Below, in pieces: positions 1 to 9,451 of a stretch of DNA of 59,141 nucleotides. Position 1 is the stretch's first letter, and each line of letters begins with the position of its first letter. The translations under genes and the position numbers were made by a program. The notes under the pieces were generated by a model. The model had not been told where the DNA came from. It saw nothing but the letters and a program-made list of their open reading frames with translations, and searched no databases. Source of the DNA: Eubacteriales bacterium (GTDB taxonomy: Bacteria > Bacillota > Clostridia > Oscillospirales > CAG-272); NCBI GenBank assembly GCA_051867975.1, contig JBJDZM010000023.1, forward strand, positions 1 through 59,141. Reading direction: 5' to 3'.

Positions 1-94
1 TTATTGTTTTTTTTCGCTATATCTGTTGGTTACCCCAACATTTATTATAGAACCGTTTTTTTCTGTAAAAATTTCTTATTTTTGTGAAAACCTC

Positions 95-123
95 TTTTCA
101 AATGAGAGGATATTTGATATAAT
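95..123 (+). promoter_or_regulatory. sigma-A-like promoter for prmC-ddl
   Basis: TTTTCA-17 bp-TATAAT with TG extension. Confidence 0.55.
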
Positions 124-154
124 ATATTAGTCAATCAAAAAGGAGGGCGAGTAT

Positions 155-979
155 TTGAAATTCGAAGGAGTTGTAAAGAAACTTTCGGTTGCAGGTGTTC
201 AGGATGCCCGACTTGAGGCGAAGATTTTGATTGAAGAGTTGTGCGGTGAAAGAGTTTGCGAAAGTCGGGAATATGACGATGCCTTACTCGAAGATGCGCT
301 TGAAAAGCGGACAAGCGGATATCCGCTCCAATATTTAATCGGTAAATGGTGGTTTGCGAGGTGCGAGTTTGAGGTGGATGAGAATTGCCTGATTCCGCGC
401 CCCGATACGGAATGTGTAGTTGAGGAAGCGGTGAAATTTCTCCCCACGAACGCCGTCTTTGCCGACCTTTGCACGGGAAGCGGATGTATCGCGGTCTCGG
501 TTGCCGACATCCGCCCTGACACGCGCGGAGTTGCGGTTGACCTATACCCGAAAACGCTTGAAATCGCAAAGAGAAATGCAGGGCGAAACAATGTTGCGGA
601 CAGACTTTCGTTCATTCTCGGCGACGTTCTTTCGGGTGACGTTCTCGGCGAAGATAAATTTTCCGCGATAATATCAAATCCGCCCTATATCAGACGCGGC
701 GTGATAGACACGCTTTCGCGTGAGGTCTCGTTTGAGCCGAGAGCCGCTCTTGACGGCGGTGAAGACGGACTTATATTTTACCGTGCGATAGTCGAAAAAT
801 ATCAAAAAAATCTCAGCGAGAGCGGTCGGTTTATCTTTGAGATAGGGTACGACCAGGCAGAGGACATAAGGGCAATTGCCGAGGAGAACGGATTTTCCTG
901 CAACGTCAAAAAAGACCTCGGCGGAAATTATCGGGTTGCCGTACTCGAAAAACGCAACAATCCGAGTGTTGAGGAATAA
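155..979 (+). CDS. prmC: Release factor glutamine N5-methyltransferase
   Basis: PLQYLIG, LIPRPDTE, DLCTGSG, SNPPY motifs; TTG start after GGAGG. Confidence 0.95.
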   Translation: MKFEGVVKKLSVAGVQDARLEAKILIEELCGERVCESREYDDALLEDALEKRTSGYPLQYLIGKWWFARCEFEVDENCLIPRPDTECVVEEAVKFLPTNAVFADLCTGSGCIAVSVADIRPDTRGVAVDLYPKTLEIAKRNAGRNNVADRLSFILGDVLSGDVLGEDKFSAIISNPPYIRRGVIDTLSREVSFEPRAALDGGEDGLIFYRAIVEKYQKNLSESGRFIFEIGYDQAEDIRAIAEENGFSCNVKKDLGGNYRVAVLEKRNNPSVEE

Positions 980-1011
980 AATATACATAGCAAAAAAACT
1001 TGGAGATAGAT

Positions 1012-2046
1012 ATGAACATACTTGTACTTGCCGGAGGGTTTTCTCCCGAACGCGATGTCTCGCTGACATCGGGAAGTTTAATTGCAAACGCACTCAAAAA
1101 AGAGGGAGAGAAGGTCTGCTTAGCGGACGTCTACCTCGGAATAGACGAAGAAAAACTTAGTTCTCCCGACCTGTTCAACACGATCGAGGGAGAAGTATAC
1201 AGGGTAGAGAACAGTGTACCCGATTTAAAGGCGCTCAAAGAGCAGAGCGGAAACGGAGACGCGCTTATCGGGAAAGGAATAATTGAGCTTTGCCGCCGCG
1301 CGGACGTTGTGTTTCTCGCGCTTCACGGTGCGATGGGGGAGAACGGTCAGCTCCAGGCGACGCTTGATAATTACGGCATCAAGTACACAGGCTCGGGATA
1401 TGTCGGAAGTCTTTTGGCGATGGACAAGGACATCTCAAAGAAAATGTTTGTCGGCGCAGGCGTGAACACTCCGGAATGGATATATACGTCGGTCAAAAAA
1501 TTTGACAGAAGCGCATTTGAGCGGAAAATCGGATTTCCCTGTGTGGTAAAGCCCTGTTCATGCGGTTCAAGCGTGGGAATTTCAATTGTCGAGACCGAAG
1601 GAGAGCTGCAAAAGGCACTTGATTTTGCGGCTGAATACGAGGAATATATTTTAGTTGAAAAGAAGATCGAGGGCAGAGAGCTTACGGTCGGAATACTTGA
1701 CGATAAGGTACTTCCGATGATTGAGATTATCCCGACCGAAGGATTTTACGACTACACGAACAAATATCAGGCGGGAAAAACGCTTGAGATATGTCCTGCC
1801 GAAATCGACGAGAGCATAAGAGAGGCGCTTGCAAAGCAAGCAAAACTCGCTTTCTCGGCACTCAGACTTTCGGGATATGCGAGATTTGACTTTATCGTAG
1901 ACGGCGACGGCAAGCCGTGGTGTCTTGAAGCGAATACGCTTCCCGGTATGACCCCGACGAGTCTGCTCCCGCAAATGGCAGCGGCGGTCGGAATTGATTA
2001 CGGCAAGCTTTGCAAAAAAATCGTGGAGCTTTCACTGAAAAAATAA
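1012..2046 (+). CDS. ddl: D-alanine--D-alanine ligase
   Basis: GGFSPERDVS, LHGAMGENG, GSSVG, FYDYTNKY, LEANTLPG; start moved to ATG 1012 after GGAG. Confidence 0.93.
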   Translation: MNILVLAGGFSPERDVSLTSGSLIANALKKEGEKVCLADVYLGIDEEKLSSPDLFNTIEGEVYRVENSVPDLKALKEQSGNGDALIGKGIIELCRRADVVFLALHGAMGENGQLQATLDNYGIKYTGSGYVGSLLAMDKDISKKMFVGAGVNTPEWIYTSVKKFDRSAFERKIGFPCVVKPCSCGSSVGISIVETEGELQKALDFAAEYEEYILVEKKIEGRELTVGILDDKVLPMIEIIPTEGFYDYTNKYQAGKTLEICPAEIDESIREALAKQAKLAFSALRLSGYARFDFIVDGDGKPWCLEANTLPGMTPTSLLPQMAAAVGIDYGKLCKKIVELSLKK

Positions 2047-2049
2047 ATC

Positions 2050-2092
2050 AAAAAAATTGACCGCCTCGGCAATGCCGAAGCGGTCGAATTTT
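2050..2092. terminator. Bidirectional intrinsic terminator
   Basis: TTGACCGCCTCGGC/GCCGAAGCGGTCGA stem with A/T tails between convergent genes. Confidence 0.75.
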
Positions 2093-2648
2093 ATCTGCAG
2101 CTGCGCTTATAAAGTCTCAAAAGCGTATATGACGTGTTTCTTAGAATTGCAACCGGCATAATACTGAGAATAAAGTTCACGATAAATATCGGAATCCAGA
2201 TTGACGGGGCGGAGCAGATCGGAATAAACATAATCACAAATCCAAGCAGAGCATTTGCCGCGTGAATTACCATTCCGTAATTTGACTCGATGAGAAATCT
2301 TTCGAGGTATGCACAGTCCGCGGGACTTTGAATCTCACTCTTTGAAAATCCCGTGAAAAGACCAAGCTCGGGGACAAGATTCTTCCATTTCTTTATTTTA
2401 ATTGACTTGTAGAAGTTGTGCTCGGGCTTTGACACCTCGAAAAAACGTCTTTTCGGGTGAAACCATGACTTTGGAGTCAGTCTGCGGATAATAAGCGCGG
2501 AAAGTCCGTCCTCGGCGATAACCGCAACGACTCCTATCGCCACCGAGAGCGAAAGAAAGCCCGCAAGCTCCCAAGAAAAAGGCAGAAACGCCATATTTCC
2601 GAGAATTATCAGAATGGCACAAACTAAAATCGTGATTATATAGAACAT
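2091..2648 (-). CDS. CrtO-like (glycosyl-diaponeurosporenoate acyltransferase family) membrane protein
   Basis: FYKSIKIKKWKNLVP...YLERFLIESNYGMVIH resembles the CrtO signature; several TM segments. Confidence 0.65.
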   Translation of the reverse strand: MFYIITILVCAILIILGNMAFLPFSWELAGFLSLSVAIGVVAVIAEDGLSALIIRRLTPKSWFHPKRRFFEVSKPEHNFYKSIKIKKWKNLVPELGLFTGFSKSEIQSPADCAYLERFLIESNYGMVIHAANALLGFVIMFIPICSAPSIWIPIFIVNFILSIMPVAILRNTSYTLLRLYKRSCR

Positions 2649-3493
2649 GCGTCGACCTCGCCGTCTGTTGTGTATTCAAGCTTCTTTCCGTAGAAATCCT
2701 CGTATGTTTTAACCCAGAGCGCATAATTTTCACGGCACATGCGCACGCTGTCCTCACGAATTGACAGAGATTTGTCGGGGTAGATTGGGGGGAGATAATG
2801 AATCGTATAGCTCTGCACGGGAAGTCCGTCCGAGTCGAACTTGTCGGTGTCCTCAAGAGTGATAAAGACAGGGAGAACAGGGACGTTGTTCTTGCACGCA
2901 AAGTGGAACGCGCCGATCTTAATCGGTCTCGGTTTTCTGTAATTGTACCACATCGCCTGCTCGGGGTAGATGAGTATCTTCTCGCCGCGCTCAAAAAGCA
3001 CCTTCATCGCATTCATAAGAGCCTTCATGCCCTTTACGGACGAGCAGAGCGGCAGAGTGTTGCAATGCCTGAAAAGGTAGCCGTAAAATCCGCCGAAAGA
3101 GGTGTAATTACCCTCGCGAATGACCTTGTAGAGCATTTTTTTGCCGAGGATCGGGGTAAGGGTGCGGTAGACGGCGTAGTTGTCGAAGGCGTTGAAGTGG
3201 TTGCAGGTGATAAGCGCACCGCAATCGCGCACCTTTTCCATGTTTTCCACGCCGCGCACTTCTTTGATTACAACGTCTCCGCGCTTTATCATTTTTTCGA
3301 AATGCGCTTTTCCTACGCGGTTGGCAAAGAAAGAGCCTATGCGCGTAGAGAGTTTTTTTTGCGTGTAGTCCACCGAGTCCGGGTTGAGTGGGATCGTCGG
3401 GGGATCGTCGGCTACATCAACGTCGAAAAGCCCCTTTTTTTCATACTCGGCTATCCTGTCAAGCAGGAGCTGCTTTTCTTCTGATACTGCCAT
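2636..3493 (-). CDS. Lysophospholipid acyltransferase (PlsC-like)
   Basis: NHFNAFD (NHx4D), IYPEQ, KIGAF, VPVLP motifs. Confidence 0.85.
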   Translation of the reverse strand: MAVSEEKQLLLDRIAEYEKKGLFDVDVADDPPTIPLNPDSVDYTQKKLSTRIGSFFANRVGKAHFEKMIKRGDVVIKEVRGVENMEKVRDCGALITCNHFNAFDNYAVYRTLTPILGKKMLYKVIREGNYTSFGGFYGYLFRHCNTLPLCSSVKGMKALMNAMKVLFERGEKILIYPEQAMWYNYRKPRPIKIGAFHFACKNNVPVLPVFITLEDTDKFDSDGLPVQSYTIHYLPPIYPDKSLSIREDSVRMCRENYALWVKTYEDFYGKKLEYTTDGEVDACSI

Positions 3494-4503
3494 CAGATGC
3501 CCTCCAAGGCTTCAATAGGCTCGCTCGGGAATTCGCTTTCGGTGTCGATGCAGAAGTCGATGGGGAAGAATTCCTCTCCGAAGAATGCGCTGCGGGACAA
3601 AAGCTCCTCATAGGTCTCTTTTTCCGCGAGCTTTTCAAGGGAAGAATACTGCTCAGCATCCCTTGCCTTCTCGGCATCGGTGTATTCGGCTTTTGCCTTC
3701 AAAAGCGCGGCATAGTAGGGAGTTCTCTCTGCGTATTTCCAGAAATACTCGCCGTAAACTACGTTATCATAATGCCAAGGCTTGAAGTTTATTTTATAAT
3801 GAATGATATATGGAATTTTGTTTTTGTCGGAATAGGGCATCGGAGTCTTGTTCCAAAGAATATTCAGCATTTTGACTCGGCCGTGGCAGATGACGTTGAG
3901 GTAGTCCTGGTCCTGCGCGACGCGATATGTTTTCTTTCCGAGAAGGTCGGCGAAAACCTTTTCAATGTGCATTTTTCTCATCTCGCGGAGATTCATAACG
4001 AGAATACCCGCGTTGAAGTATCTGTCACGCGGAACCGAGAGAACGACCTCGGAATACCGTGTAAAGACCTCAATATCGGTTATTATCTCGTCGGATACCG
4101 CGCAAAGCAGATTTGAACCCATCTGAGTGTTATACATGTCCGCTACATCGCGTGTGATTATTATGTCACAGTCGAGATAAAGCCCCTTGTTGTACTGAGG
4201 AAACATCTCGGGGATAAAGAAGCGGTAGTAGGTCGCTCTTGTGTAGTAGTCACGAAGATGCAGCTTCGAGCAAAGGGCAGGCATTTTTTCTGAGACATCA
4301 CAGAAGGATATCTTTATGTTACCGCCGCCGATTGAAAGAATGTTATTTACATGCTCGGGGCTTATCTTTTCGACGAGAATGTTGATTTCGTAAATGTTCT
4401 TGTCCGATGCGTTGTCCTTGAGCGATTCGAGAGCCGCCGCAAGATAGGGGGCGTAATTGTCATCGACTGCAAAAAATATCGGGATAATGTTTTGTTTTTT
4501 CAT
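3493..4503 (-). CDS. Glycosyltransferase family 8 (GspA-like)
   Basis: TYYRF, LYLDCD, YFNAG, QDQDYLN, IIHY..KPW; start at ATG 4503 after GGAGG. Confidence 0.9.
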   Translation of the reverse strand: MKKQNIIPIFFAVDDNYAPYLAAALESLKDNASDKNIYEINILVEKISPEHVNNILSIGGGNIKISFCDVSEKMPALCSKLHLRDYYTRATYYRFFIPEMFPQYNKGLYLDCDIIITRDVADMYNTQMGSNLLCAVSDEIITDIEVFTRYSEVVLSVPRDRYFNAGILVMNLREMRKMHIEKVFADLLGKKTYRVAQDQDYLNVICHGRVKMLNILWNKTPMPYSDKNKIPYIIHYKINFKPWHYDNVVYGEYFWKYAERTPYYAALLKAKAEYTDAEKARDAEQYSSLEKLAEKETYEELLSRSAFFGEEFFPIDFCIDTESEFPSEPIEALEGI

Positions 4504-4614
4504 AAAAAACCTCCATTGGGATAATGTAGCGCATAGGATAATGAAGCGCAAACAAGTCTCATTTCACATTAAAACAGACCACCCGGGGAAGCCCCTCGGT
4601 GCTCTGCGAAGGAA

Positions 4615-4643
4615 AGTATATCACTTTTTTCGGAAAATGTCAA
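4615..4643 (-). promoter_or_regulatory. sigma-A promoter of GT8 operon
   Basis: TTGACA-17 bp-TATACT with TG extension. Confidence 0.75.
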
Positions 4644-4701
4644 TAGACTGTTGGTTTCCATGGCTCTACCGTGAGTGAAATCTCACTCTACTGCATGGGA
4701 A

Positions 4702-4730
4702 AAGCAACTCTACTGCACGTAGAGTTGCTT
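4702..4730 (-). terminator. Terminator after HAD gene
   Basis: AAGCAACTCTAC/GTAGAGTTGCTT perfect stem. Confidence 0.65.
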
Positions 4731-4745
4731 ATTCTATAAGGGTTT

Positions 4746-5600
4746 TCAGCTCATTTGGCGCTTGTACTGAGTGAGCTGCTGCTCCTCCTTTGTCTTAAGC
4801 TTTTCAAGTATCGCCATGTTCTCGATCATGAGCTTAACGATCTTTTCAAGTGCGGAATTAGGAGAATAATCGGCAACGCAGACATAGTTTATTCTGTCGT
4901 CGTCAACGAGCGGCTTTACCGTCTCACTGCGTCCCGAGGGGTAAAGCGCTATCGACTTACCGCCCTTTTGCTTTACCATCTTCATGCAGGGAATGTCGGT
5001 CATTCCGTCGCCGATATATATCATGTTGTTGTACGCTATGCGGCGAAGGCTTTCGTCCTGGAGACGGTTCAGGTTGTAGTCGTCGGTCACGTCTAAAATA
5101 CCCTTGGATATGCGGTAGATATACTGAGTCTTGAGCGTGTAGTTTATCGCAAGTGCGGGCCAGATCGCCTCGCCGTTTTCGTCGTACATGTACTTGCAGG
5201 CGTAAATTCTCTTGAAATATTTTGCTATCGGAGTGCCTTGGATTATTTCATACGTACCCGAAGAGATGATGTAATGCTCAATGTTTACACCGAGAGACTC
5301 ACCGAACTCATTGATTCGGTCGAACCAGGTCGTAACACCCTTGTAAAGAACGACGTTTTCACCGCAGGTGCGAAGATACTCTTCGGTGAGCGGTATTCCT
5401 TTTTCTCGGCATTTCTGTATCATAACGAACATGTAGGCGAGTATTTTTTCAACCTCGTGCTTTTTTGTGATATCAGCCGCGGCACCCCAGAATTCATCCG
5501 CACTCATTCCGAGATTTTTTATAAAGCTGTATTCCTGCATGTCTGTCGTGCAGAGCGTTTTATCGAAGTCGTAAAGAATTCCGAAGGTCGGTTTCGGCAT
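4746..5600 (-). CDS. HAD-superfamily hydrolase
   Basis: YDFDKT (DxDxT), IISSG, YIGDGMTD. Confidence 0.85.
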   Translation of the reverse strand: MPKPTFGILYDFDKTLCTTDMQEYSFIKNLGMSADEFWGAAADITKKHEVEKILAYMFVMIQKCREKGIPLTEEYLRTCGENVVLYKGVTTWFDRINEFGESLGVNIEHYIISSGTYEIIQGTPIAKYFKRIYACKYMYDENGEAIWPALAINYTLKTQYIYRISKGILDVTDDYNLNRLQDESLRRIAYNNMIYIGDGMTDIPCMKMVKQKGGKSIALYPSGRSETVKPLVDDDRINYVCVADYSPNSALEKIVKLMIENMAILEKLKTKEEQQLTQYKRQMS

Positions 5601-5645
5601 ATCAGTGTCCTCCTGAATTAAAGAATTACATTTCTATCCAAATAT

Positions 5646-5674
5646 ATTGTATCATAATTTTACCATCTTGTAAA
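5646..5674 (-). promoter_or_regulatory. sigma-A-like promoter of HAD gene
   Basis: TTTACA-17 bp-TACAAT with TG. Confidence 0.55.
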
Positions 5675-5765
5675 GTGTCGGGTAAGATTTTTTGCAGTAT
5701 TTTTGCGAAAATCGCCATAAAAGAGAAGAGAAAACCCCGAAAACGGCAGTTTTCTCTCCCATGAA

Positions 5766-6560
5766 TCAATATAATTTGTATTTCAGACGCAGATTATCCG
5801 CTATCATCGCGATAAATTCGCTGTTGGTAGGCTTTCCGCGGTTATTTTGTATCGTGTATCCGAAATAGGAGTTGAGTGTGTCAACGTCACCGCGGTCCCA
5901 TGCGACCTCAATGGCGTGGCGAATGGCGCGCTCGACTCGGCTTGTCGTGGTGGAATACTTCTTTGCAACCGAAGGATAGAGAATTTTCGTGACCGAATTT
6001 ATTATGTCGGAGTCCTTGACGGTCAAGAGGATTGCGGTGCGGAGATACTGATAGCCCTTGATGTGCGCAGGCACTCCTATCTGATGAATTATGCGAGTGA
6101 CCTGTGCCTCAATGTCGGGCGTGTCGTCACTTGAAGCGGGGAGGAGCAGATTCTTGGAGCCGTCCGCCTTCATACTTCTGCTTTTGAGCATGCTTTCGAC
6201 GTATTCAATGAGATTTGATTGGTTGAGGGGCTTGATGAGACAAAGCTCAGCACCTGCCTGAAGAGCCTGAACGAAAATATTTTGGTTTGAGATGGGAGAG
6301 GTCATGATGATGACGGGAGGTTTGTCCTCGCCGAAGTTTGTCGCCTTGGCACTGCGGACGACGCTGAGTCCGTCGAGCTTTGACATCCAGATGTCGATTA
6401 TTACGACGTCGGGGTGGAGTCTTCCGATTTTTGAGAGTGCATCCTCACCGTTTACAGCCTCATCTATGTATCTGCAACCGGCGTTTGTGAAACATTCTTT
6501 AAGCTGCGCACGTGCGGCTGCATTTTCATCGGCAATAAGGATTTTTGTATTGTATTCCAT
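5766..6560 (-). CDS. spo0A: Sporulation master regulator Spo0A
   Basis: Receiver domain plus [41 protein letters not shown]. Confidence 0.97.
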   Translation of the reverse strand: MEYNTKILIADENAAARAQLKECFTNAGCRYIDEAVNGEDALSKIGRLHPDVVIIDIWMSKLDGLSVVRSAKATNFGEDKPPVIIMTSPISNQNIFVQALQAGAELCLIKPLNQSNLIEYVESMLKSRSMKADGSKNLLLPASSDDTPDIEAQVTRIIHQIGVPAHIKGYQYLRTAILLTVKDSDIINSVTKILYPSVAKKYSTTTSRVERAIRHAIEVAWDRGDVDTLNSYFGYTIQNNRGKPTNSEFIAMIADNLRLKYKLY

Positions 6561-6752
6561 TTTTATGTATCCTCCTGTAAATTTTTGGAAATTTATTACA
6601 CTAATATATTACCATAAATTAGGAGATTTTGCAATACTTTTTACAAAAAATTCCAATTGTCAAATTTACCAAAATTTTCCAAAGTATTTTGTGTTTTATA
6701 TCAATAAAAGATAAATGCCTGTCGAGCGGTGCTGAATTTTGGAAAACCAAAT

Positions 6753-6785
6753 AAAAAATGGAGAGCATGTTGATCTCCATTTTTT
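6753..6785 (-). terminator. Terminator after rluB
   Basis: AAAAAATGGAGA/TCTCCATTTTTT stem. Confidence 0.65.
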
Positions 6786-6813
6786 ATGATGCCGTATTCA
6801 AGGTGTTATCGCA

Positions 6814-7548
6814 TCAAACCGTTTTGAGATAATGAATTTCTTTTTCGTCAAGGTATCGCCATTTACCCACGGGAAGATTTCCGAGCTTGATTTTTCCTAT
6901 CGCAACTCTCGAAAGCTTCAGAATACGGACATTGTGACATTCGCACATGCGGCGTATCTGGCGGTTTCTGCCCTCGTACAGCTCAAAGCAGGCAACCGTC
7001 TCGCCGTCGCTCTCGCCGACCTTCGTGACCTTTACGGGAAGAGTCGTCCTGCCGTCGATGTCTATTGACTCACCGAGCGTTGTGAGGTCTCCCTGTGAGA
7101 ATTTGCCCTTCAGCGTGACGTGGTATATTTTGGGGATAGAGTGGCGCGGATGAGTCAGCTTGTTTGCCAAAGCGCCGTCGTTTGTCAAGAGGAGAAGTCC
7201 GTCAGAGTCCATATCAAGGCGACCGACGGGGTAGAGCCGCAGAGGGTTTCCGTTCTTGTCTTTGACGTCGCGGCACAGGTCAGTGACGTTATACCTGCCT
7301 TTTTCATCGCTCGCAGTGCAGACTATGCCGCGCGGTTTGTTGAGCATGATGCAGATTTTTTGGTCGGTTTGAGCTTTTATCGGTCTGCCGAGGAAGATGA
7401 CCTCATCTGCCTCGGGGTCGACCTTCTCGCCAAGTTCGGCTACGTGGCCGTTGACACTGACATTTCCTTTTTTTATTTCCTCTTCGGCGGCGCGGCGAGA
7501 CATGATACCGCAGTCGGAAAAGAACTTTGAAAGTCTGATTTTTTCCAT
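6814..7548 (-). CDS. rluB: rRNA pseudouridine synthase (RluB/RsuA family)
   Basis: S4 domain SRRAAE, LNKPRG, GRLD, EGRNRQIRRM; start moved to MEKIRL. Confidence 0.85.
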   Translation of the reverse strand: MEKIRLSKFFSDCGIMSRRAAEEEIKKGNVSVNGHVAELGEKVDPEADEVIFLGRPIKAQTDQKICIMLNKPRGIVCTASDEKGRYNVTDLCRDVKDKNGNPLRLYPVGRLDMDSDGLLLLTNDGALANKLTHPRHSIPKIYHVTLKGKFSQGDLTTLGESIDIDGRTTLPVKVTKVGESDGETVACFELYEGRNRQIRRMCECHNVRILKLSRVAIGKIKLGNLPVGKWRYLDEKEIHYLKTV

Positions 7549-7609
7549 TTTTCTTTCCTTATGATTATAAATAACCAAGCGACAGTGAACAGGAAGAGCC
7601 GTTATCGGG

Positions 7610-8836
7610 CTAATCCTTTCCGAACAGCCGCTCAAATATGCCTTTTTTGACATTCAGTTTGTCAACCGCATATTTTGTGACTATCTTCGACTCTGCGATC
7701 TCCTCGCCGTTAAGGGAAAAGACCAGCCGACCGAGACATTCTCCCTCGGCTATCGGCGCTAAGCAAAATCTCGGCAATTCGACTGTGCATTTGACCTCAC
7801 CGTATCCGCGCGGAAGAATAACCGTTACGTCTTGCGTGTTTTCAAGCATCACGTGGTCAGATTGCCCACCGCTTATCGGCATTATGTAGGAAAAAGAGCC
7901 GCGAGTGCAGAGTGTCCGCGCCTCGTAGAGCGAAAAGCCGTAATCGAGCATCTCGGTGTGGTCGCGCCAATCGTCCGGAGCGGAGAGAGTAACGGCGATA
8001 AAGGTCAGCCCGTCACGCTCGGCGGCACTGACAAGGCAACGTCCGCTTTTCTTTGTAAATCCCGTCTTGACACCGACAGCGCCCTCGTATGAGCCTAACA
8101 TTTTGTTGTGATTTATAAGGAGTCTGACACCCTCGGTCTCGTTGAGCGGAATTGTTTTTTTGTGAGTCGAGACGATTTTTTTGAAGGTGCTGTTTGAAAG
8201 TGCCTCGCGCGCGATGAGCGCAAGCTCACGTGCGGTAGTGAAGTGGCTTTCTCCGTCAAGCCCGTGAGGATTTTCAAAATGCGTGTCGCAAAGCCCCATG
8301 CTTTGTGCCTTTTGATTCATCATTTCGGCAAATTGCTCAACGCTTCCTCCGACCTCAATTGCAATCGCTGCGGCGGCATCATTGGCCGACTCAAGCATCA
8401 TGGCGTAAATCAGGTCTTCGAGGGTGAGCTTTTCCTCGGGGTAGAGATAGACCGACGAGCCTTCGACTCCGACCGCTAAGGGCGAGACCGAAACCGTCTT
8501 TGAAATGTCGCAGTTTTCGATTGCGACGAGTGCCGTCATTATCTTCGTGGTCGATGCCATTGGCATGCGCACGTCGGGATTTTTCGAGAAAATCACCTCA
8601 CCCGAGCAAGCCTCGATGAGTATCGCGCTTTTTGCACTCACATCGGGGGTGGCGAGAGAGGAATTATTAGCCTTGATAAATACCGACGTGCCGGCATTTT
8701 GCGTGCTGTCAGCGTCCTGCCACGGGTCCTTTGAATGATTTAAAAAGACAAAAAATCCCCCAAGACACAACAACAATACCGCGGCGAGTGCCGAGGCAAA
8801 TACAAGCGTGTTTTTCTTAGAAGATGTTTTTTGCAT
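7610..8836 (-). CDS. dacB: D-Ala-D-Ala carboxypeptidase (peptidase S11), DacB-like
   Basis: STTK, SAN, KTG motifs; N-terminal anchor; position between scpAB and rluB. Confidence 0.8.
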   Translation of the reverse strand: MQKTSSKKNTLVFASALAAVLLLCLGGFFVFLNHSKDPWQDADSTQNAGTSVFIKANNSSLATPDVSAKSAILIEACSGEVIFSKNPDVRMPMASTTKIMTALVAIENCDISKTVSVSPLAVGVEGSSVYLYPEEKLTLEDLIYAMMLESANDAAAAIAIEVGGSVEQFAEMMNQKAQSMGLCDTHFENPHGLDGESHFTTARELALIAREALSNSTFKKIVSTHKKTIPLNETEGVRLLINHNKMLGSYEGAVGVKTGFTKKSGRCLVSAAERDGLTFIAVTLSAPDDWRDHTEMLDYGFSLYEARTLCTRGSFSYIMPISGGQSDHVMLENTQDVTVILPRGYGEVKCTVELPRFCLAPIAEGECLGRLVFSLNGEEIAESKIVTKYAVDKLNVKKGIFERLFGKD

Positions 8837-8923
8837 GATACTCCTCCGGGACAAGTAATTTTCTCTAAATTATATTTGTCCCGGAGGAATATTATTACCG
8901 ATTAGCCGATGTCGGGATAGAAA

Positions 8924-9376
8924 TTAATCTTCCTCGGTCTCAGACTCCTCAGCCTCTGTTTCCTCTGCTTTGTCCTTTGCAAAGAGAGCCTTTATCTTCG
9001 CGATGATCTCGGGAGCGCGGTCGATGATGTCGGAGAGCTGCTCCATTGGGTCTGTCGGGTTCTTTACGCCGATGTTGATAAGCTCAACGCTTCCGTCACG
9101 ACTTACGCAGAGCATACCGATAGGCTGGACCGAGATGCCCGCTCCGCCGCCTGCGCCGAAGTTCTGGTCCTTGTTTGCAGGCTGTGTTGCCTTTTGGTCC
9201 TTGTCATTGAAATCGAGACCGCCTGTTGCAAAGCCCATAGCGACCTTTGAGATCGGGATGATGGATGTGCCGTTTGCCTCAATGGGCTGACCGATTACGG
9301 TGTCCGCACCGATGATGTTCTTGATTTCTTTGAGGGTTTGTTCTACAACGCCTTGAAGTTTGTTTTCGGATGACAT
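8924..9376 (-). CDS. ytfJ: Sporulation protein YtfJ/GerW
   Basis: TVIGQPI, IIPISKV.MGFATGG, FGAGGGAG.SVQP. Confidence 0.9.
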   Translation of the reverse strand: MSSENKLQGVVEQTLKEIKNIIGADTVIGQPIEANGTSIIPISKVAMGFATGGLDFNDKDQKATQPANKDQNFGAGGGAGISVQPIGMLCVSRDGSVELINIGVKNPTDPMEQLSDIIDRAPEIIAKIKALFAKDKAEETEAEESETEED

Positions 9377-9451
9377 GATTTTTGATCCTTTCTTTTATGT
9401 TGATTTATTTCTTTTAATTTTTGCTTGGGTTGCTGTTACTCTTCCGTATGA

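Noticed and set aside
1012-2046. ddl as a D-Ala-D-Lac (vancomycin resistance) ligase
   Set aside because: Omega loop FYDYTNKY is the D-Ala-D-Ala type; no van genes nearby.
4575-4610. GCACCGAGG resembling a glycine riboswitch
   Set aside because: No GGAGA or CUCUCAGG elements.
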